This document shows positions 60,988-64,000 of a DNA stretch of 64,000 nucleotides, piece after piece (positions within the stretch are counted from its first letter, which is position 1; each line of letters begins with the position of its first letter). A program made the translations under genes and the position numbers. The DNA lies in NCBI GenBank assembly GCA_964016885.1, contig OZ024744.1:131502001-131566000 (forward strand), read 5' to 3'. Below the pieces are notes generated by a model, which was not told the DNA's origin, searched no databases, and was given only the letters and a program-made list of their open reading frames with translations. The DNA is from Eledone cirrhosa. Taxonomy: Eukaryota.

Positions 60988-63900
60988 TTCGGGGTTAAGT
61001 TAAGTTGGGGTTAAGTTAAGTTAGGCTTAACTTAAGTTGGGGTTAAGTTAAGTTGGGGGTAAGTTAAGTTCAGGGTAAGTTAAGTTGGGGTTAAGTTAAG
61101 TTGGGGTTAAGTTGGGGTTAATTTAAGTTAGGGTTAAGTTAAGTTGGGGTTGAGTTAAGTTGGGGTTAAGTTAAGTTGGGGTTAAGTTAAGTTGGGGTCA
61201 AGTTAAGTTGGGGTTAAAATTAAGTTGGGGTTAAGTCAAGTTGGGGTTAAGTTAAGTTGGGGTTAATTTAGTTGGGGTTAAGTTAAGTTGGGGCTAAGTT
61301 AAGTTGGGGCTAAGTTAAGTTGGGGCTAAGTTAAGTTGGGGTTAAGTTAAGTTGGGGTTAAGTTAAGTTGGGGTTAATTTAAATTGGGGTTAAGTTAACT
61401 TTGTGGTTAAGTTAAGTTGGGGTTAAGTTAAGTTGGGGCTAAGTTAAGTTGGGGTTAAGTTAAGTTGGGGTTAAGTTAAGTTGGGGTTGAGTTAAGTTGG
61501 GGTTGAGTGAAGTTGGGGTTAATTTAAGTTGGGGTTAAATTAAGTTGGCGTTAAGTTAAGTTGGGGTTGAGTTAAGTTGGGGTTGAGTTAATTTAGGGTT
61601 AAGTTAAGTTGGGGTTAAGTTAAGTTGGGTTTAAGTTAAGTTGGGGTTAAATTAAGTTGGGGTTAAATTAAGTTGGGGTTAAGTTAAGTTGGGGTTTAGT
61701 TAAGTTGGAGTTAAGTTAAGTTGGGGTTAATTTAAGTTGGGGTTAAGTTAAGTTGGTGTTAAGTTAAGTGGTGGTTATGTTAAGTTGGGGTTAAGTTAAG
61801 TTGGGGTTAATTTAAATTGGGGCTAAGTTAACTTTGTGGTTAAGTTAAGTTGGGGTTAAGTTAAGTTGGGGTTAAGTTAAGTTGGGGTTGAGTTAAGTTG
61901 GGGTTGAGTTAATTTAGGGTTAAGTTAAGTTGGGCTTAAGTTAAGTTGGGTTTAAGTTAAGTTGGGGTTAAATTAAGTTGGGGTTAAGTTAAGTTGGGGG
62001 TAAGTTAAGTTGGGGGCAAGTTAAGTTGGGGTTAAGTTAAGTTGGGGTTAAATTAAGTTGGGGTTAAGTTTAGTTGGTGTTAAGTTAAGTTGGGGTTTAT
62101 TTAAGTTGGGGTTAATTAAGTTGGGGTTAAGTTAAGTTGGGGTTAAGTTAAGTTGGGGTTAATTTAAGTTGGGGTTGAGTTAAGTTGGGGTTAAGTTAAG
62201 TTGGGTTTATATTAAGTTGGGGTTAAGTTAAGTTGGGGTTAAGTTAAGTTGGGGTTCAGTTAAGTTGCGGTTAAGTTAAGTTGGGGTTAAGTTAAGTTGG
62301 GGTTAAGTTAAGTTGGGGTTAAGTTAAGTTGGGGTTAATTTAAGTTGGTGTTAAGTTAAGTTGGGGCTGAGTTAAGTTGGGGCTGAGTTAAGTTGGGGTT
62401 AAGTTAAGTTGGGGTTGAGTTAAGTTGGGGTTAAGTTAAGTTGGGGTTAAGTTAAGTTGGGGTTAAGTTAAGTTGGGTTTAAGTTAAGTTGGGGTTTAGT
62501 TAAGTTGGGGTTCAGTTAAGTTGGGGTTAAGTTAAGTTTGGGTTAAGTTGGGGTTAAATTAATTTGGGGTTAAGTTAAGTTGGGGTTTAGTTTAGTTGGG
62601 GTTAAGTTAAGTTGGGGTTAATTTAAGTTGGGGTTAAGTTAAGTTGCGGGTAATTTAAGTTGGGATTAAGTTAAGTTGGGGTTAAGTTAAGATGGGGTTA
62701 AGTTAAGTTGGGGTTAAGTTAAGTTGGGGTTAAGTTAAATTGGGGGTAAGTTAAGTTGGGGGTAAGTTAAGTTGGGGGCAAGTTAAGTTGGGGTTCAGTT
62801 AAGTTGGGGTTAAATTAAGTTGGGGTTAAGTTTAGTTGGTGTTAAGTTAAGTTGGGGTTTATTTAAGTTGGGGTTAATTAAGTTGGGGTTAAGTTAAGTT
62901 GGGGTTAAGTTAAGTTGGGGTTTAGTTAAGTTGGGGTTCAGTTAAGTTGGGGTTAAGTTAAGTTTGGGTTAAGTTGGGGTTAAATTAATTTGGGGTTAAG
63001 TTAAGTTGGGGTTTAGTTTAGTTGGGGTTAATATAAGTTGCGGGTAATTTAAGTTGGGGTTAAGTTAAGTTGGGGTTAAGTTAGTTGGGGTTAAGTTAAG
63101 TTGGGGTTAAGTTAAGTTGGGGTTAAGTTATGTTGGGGGTAAGTTAAGTTGGGGGTAAGTTAAGTTGGGGTTAAGTTAAGTTGGGGTTAAGTTAAGTTAG
63201 GGTTAAGTTAAGTTGGGGTTAAGTTAAGTTGGGGTTAAGTTAAATTGGGGTTAAGTTAAGTTGGGGTTGAGTTAAGTTGGGGTTAAGTTAAGTTGGGGTT
63301 ATGTTAAGTTGGGGTTAAGTTAAGTTGCGGTTAAGTTAAGTTGGGGTTAAGTTGGGGTTAAGTTAAGTGGTGGTTATGTTAAGTTGGGGTTAAGTTAAGT
63401 TGGGGTTAATTTAAATTGAGGTTAAGTTAACTTTGTGGTTAAGTTAAGTTGGGGCTAAATTATGTTGGGGCCAAGTTAAGTTGGGGCTAACTTAAGTTGG
63501 CTTTCAGTTAAGTTGGGGTTAAGTTAAGTTTGGGTTAAGTTGGGGTTAAATTAAGTTGGGGTTAAGTTAAGTTGGGGTTTAGTTAAGTTGGGGTTAAGTT
63601 AAGTTGGGGTTAATTTAAGTTGGGGTTAAGTTAAGTGGTGGTTATGTTAAGTTGGGGTTAAGTTAAGTTGGGGTTAATTTAAATTGGGGTTAAGTTAACT
63701 TTGTGGTTAAGTTAAGTTGGGGTTAAGTTAAGTTGGGGTTAAGTTAAGTTGGGGTTCAGTTAAGTTGCGGTTAAGTTAAGTTGCGGTTAAGTTAAGTTGG
63801 GGTTAAGTTAAGTTGGGGTTAAGTTAAGTTGGGGTCAAGTTAAGCTGGGGTTAAGTTAAGTTGGGGTTAAGTTAAGTTGGTTAGTTAAGTTGAGTTTAAG

Positions 63901-64000
63901 TTAAGCTGGGGTTAATTTAAGTTGGGTTTAAGTTAAGTTGGGGTTAAGTTAAGTTGGGGTTAAGTTAAGTTGGGGTTAAGTTAATTTGGGGTTCAGTTAA

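Larger units (their letters stand above)
53330..63564 (+). repeat. Tandem duplication with a 5,117-bp period
   Basis: TTTATATT at 53486/58603, blocks 15/16 at 55445/60562, TTAATATAAG at 57911/63028 and CTAAATTATG at 58338/63455, all offset 5,117. Confidence 0.9.
1..64000 (+). repeat. Tandem satellite array, 16-bp monomer TTGGGGTTAAGTTAAG (~4,000 copies), running off both window edges
   Basis: GGGG runs recur every 16 nt (e.g. 1444, 1460, 1476) throughout. Scattered substitutions and occasional 11-, 15-, 17- and 19-bp monomers occur. No unique sequence was seen anywhere. Confidence 0.99.

Noticed and set aside
1-64000. Protein-coding ORFs
   Set aside because: TTAA occurs twice per monomer and reads TAA on both strands. 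The 16-bp period cycles these stops through all frames, so no meaningful ORF is possible.
1-64000. CRISPR array
   Set aside because: Repeats are directly adjacent with no unique spacers, and there is no leader or cas gene.
1-64000. Active telomerase-synthesised terminal telomere tract
   Set aside because: Inherited point variants in kb-scale HORs, internal inversions and large duplications indicate recombinational amplification. No chromosome end is visible in the window.
1-64000. Information-encoding or programmed invertible-switch system in the variant pattern
   Set aside because: Variant order is explained by nested duplication and deletion. No recombinase gene is present, and I saw no copy of the block in the flipped-back state with its junction scars.

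Overview
The whole 64 kb window is one non-coding tandem satellite array. Its 16-bp monomer is TTGGGG-TTAAG-TTAAG (about 4,000 copies, G-rich on the + strand). I see no genes, RNA genes, CRISPR arrays or transposon bodies; TTAA puts stop codons in all six frames. All structure lies inside the array. (1) Sixteen reverse-complemented blocks of 313-426 bp (about 6.3 kb, about 10% of the window) share the same two palindromic junctions (GGTT|AACC on the left, CCCCAAA|TTCGGGG on the right), so they appear to descend from one ancestral inversion amplified within a ~3.1-3.6 kb higher-order repeat (HOR). (2) Nested recent duplications can be traced with private variants at offsets of 2,204, 3,157, 3,247 and 5,117 bp. 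(3) A ~23.3 kb unit is tandemly duplicated, and its upstream copy lacks a 4,833-bp segment bounded by two copies of the same variant motif. The monomer looks like a compound telomere-type repeat, but the mutations, HORs and inversions fit a telomere-like satellite better than a telomerase-made tract. The organism cannot be identified from this window; it is presumably a eukaryote. All coordinates were counted by hand, and duplication edges are approximate to within a few monomers.
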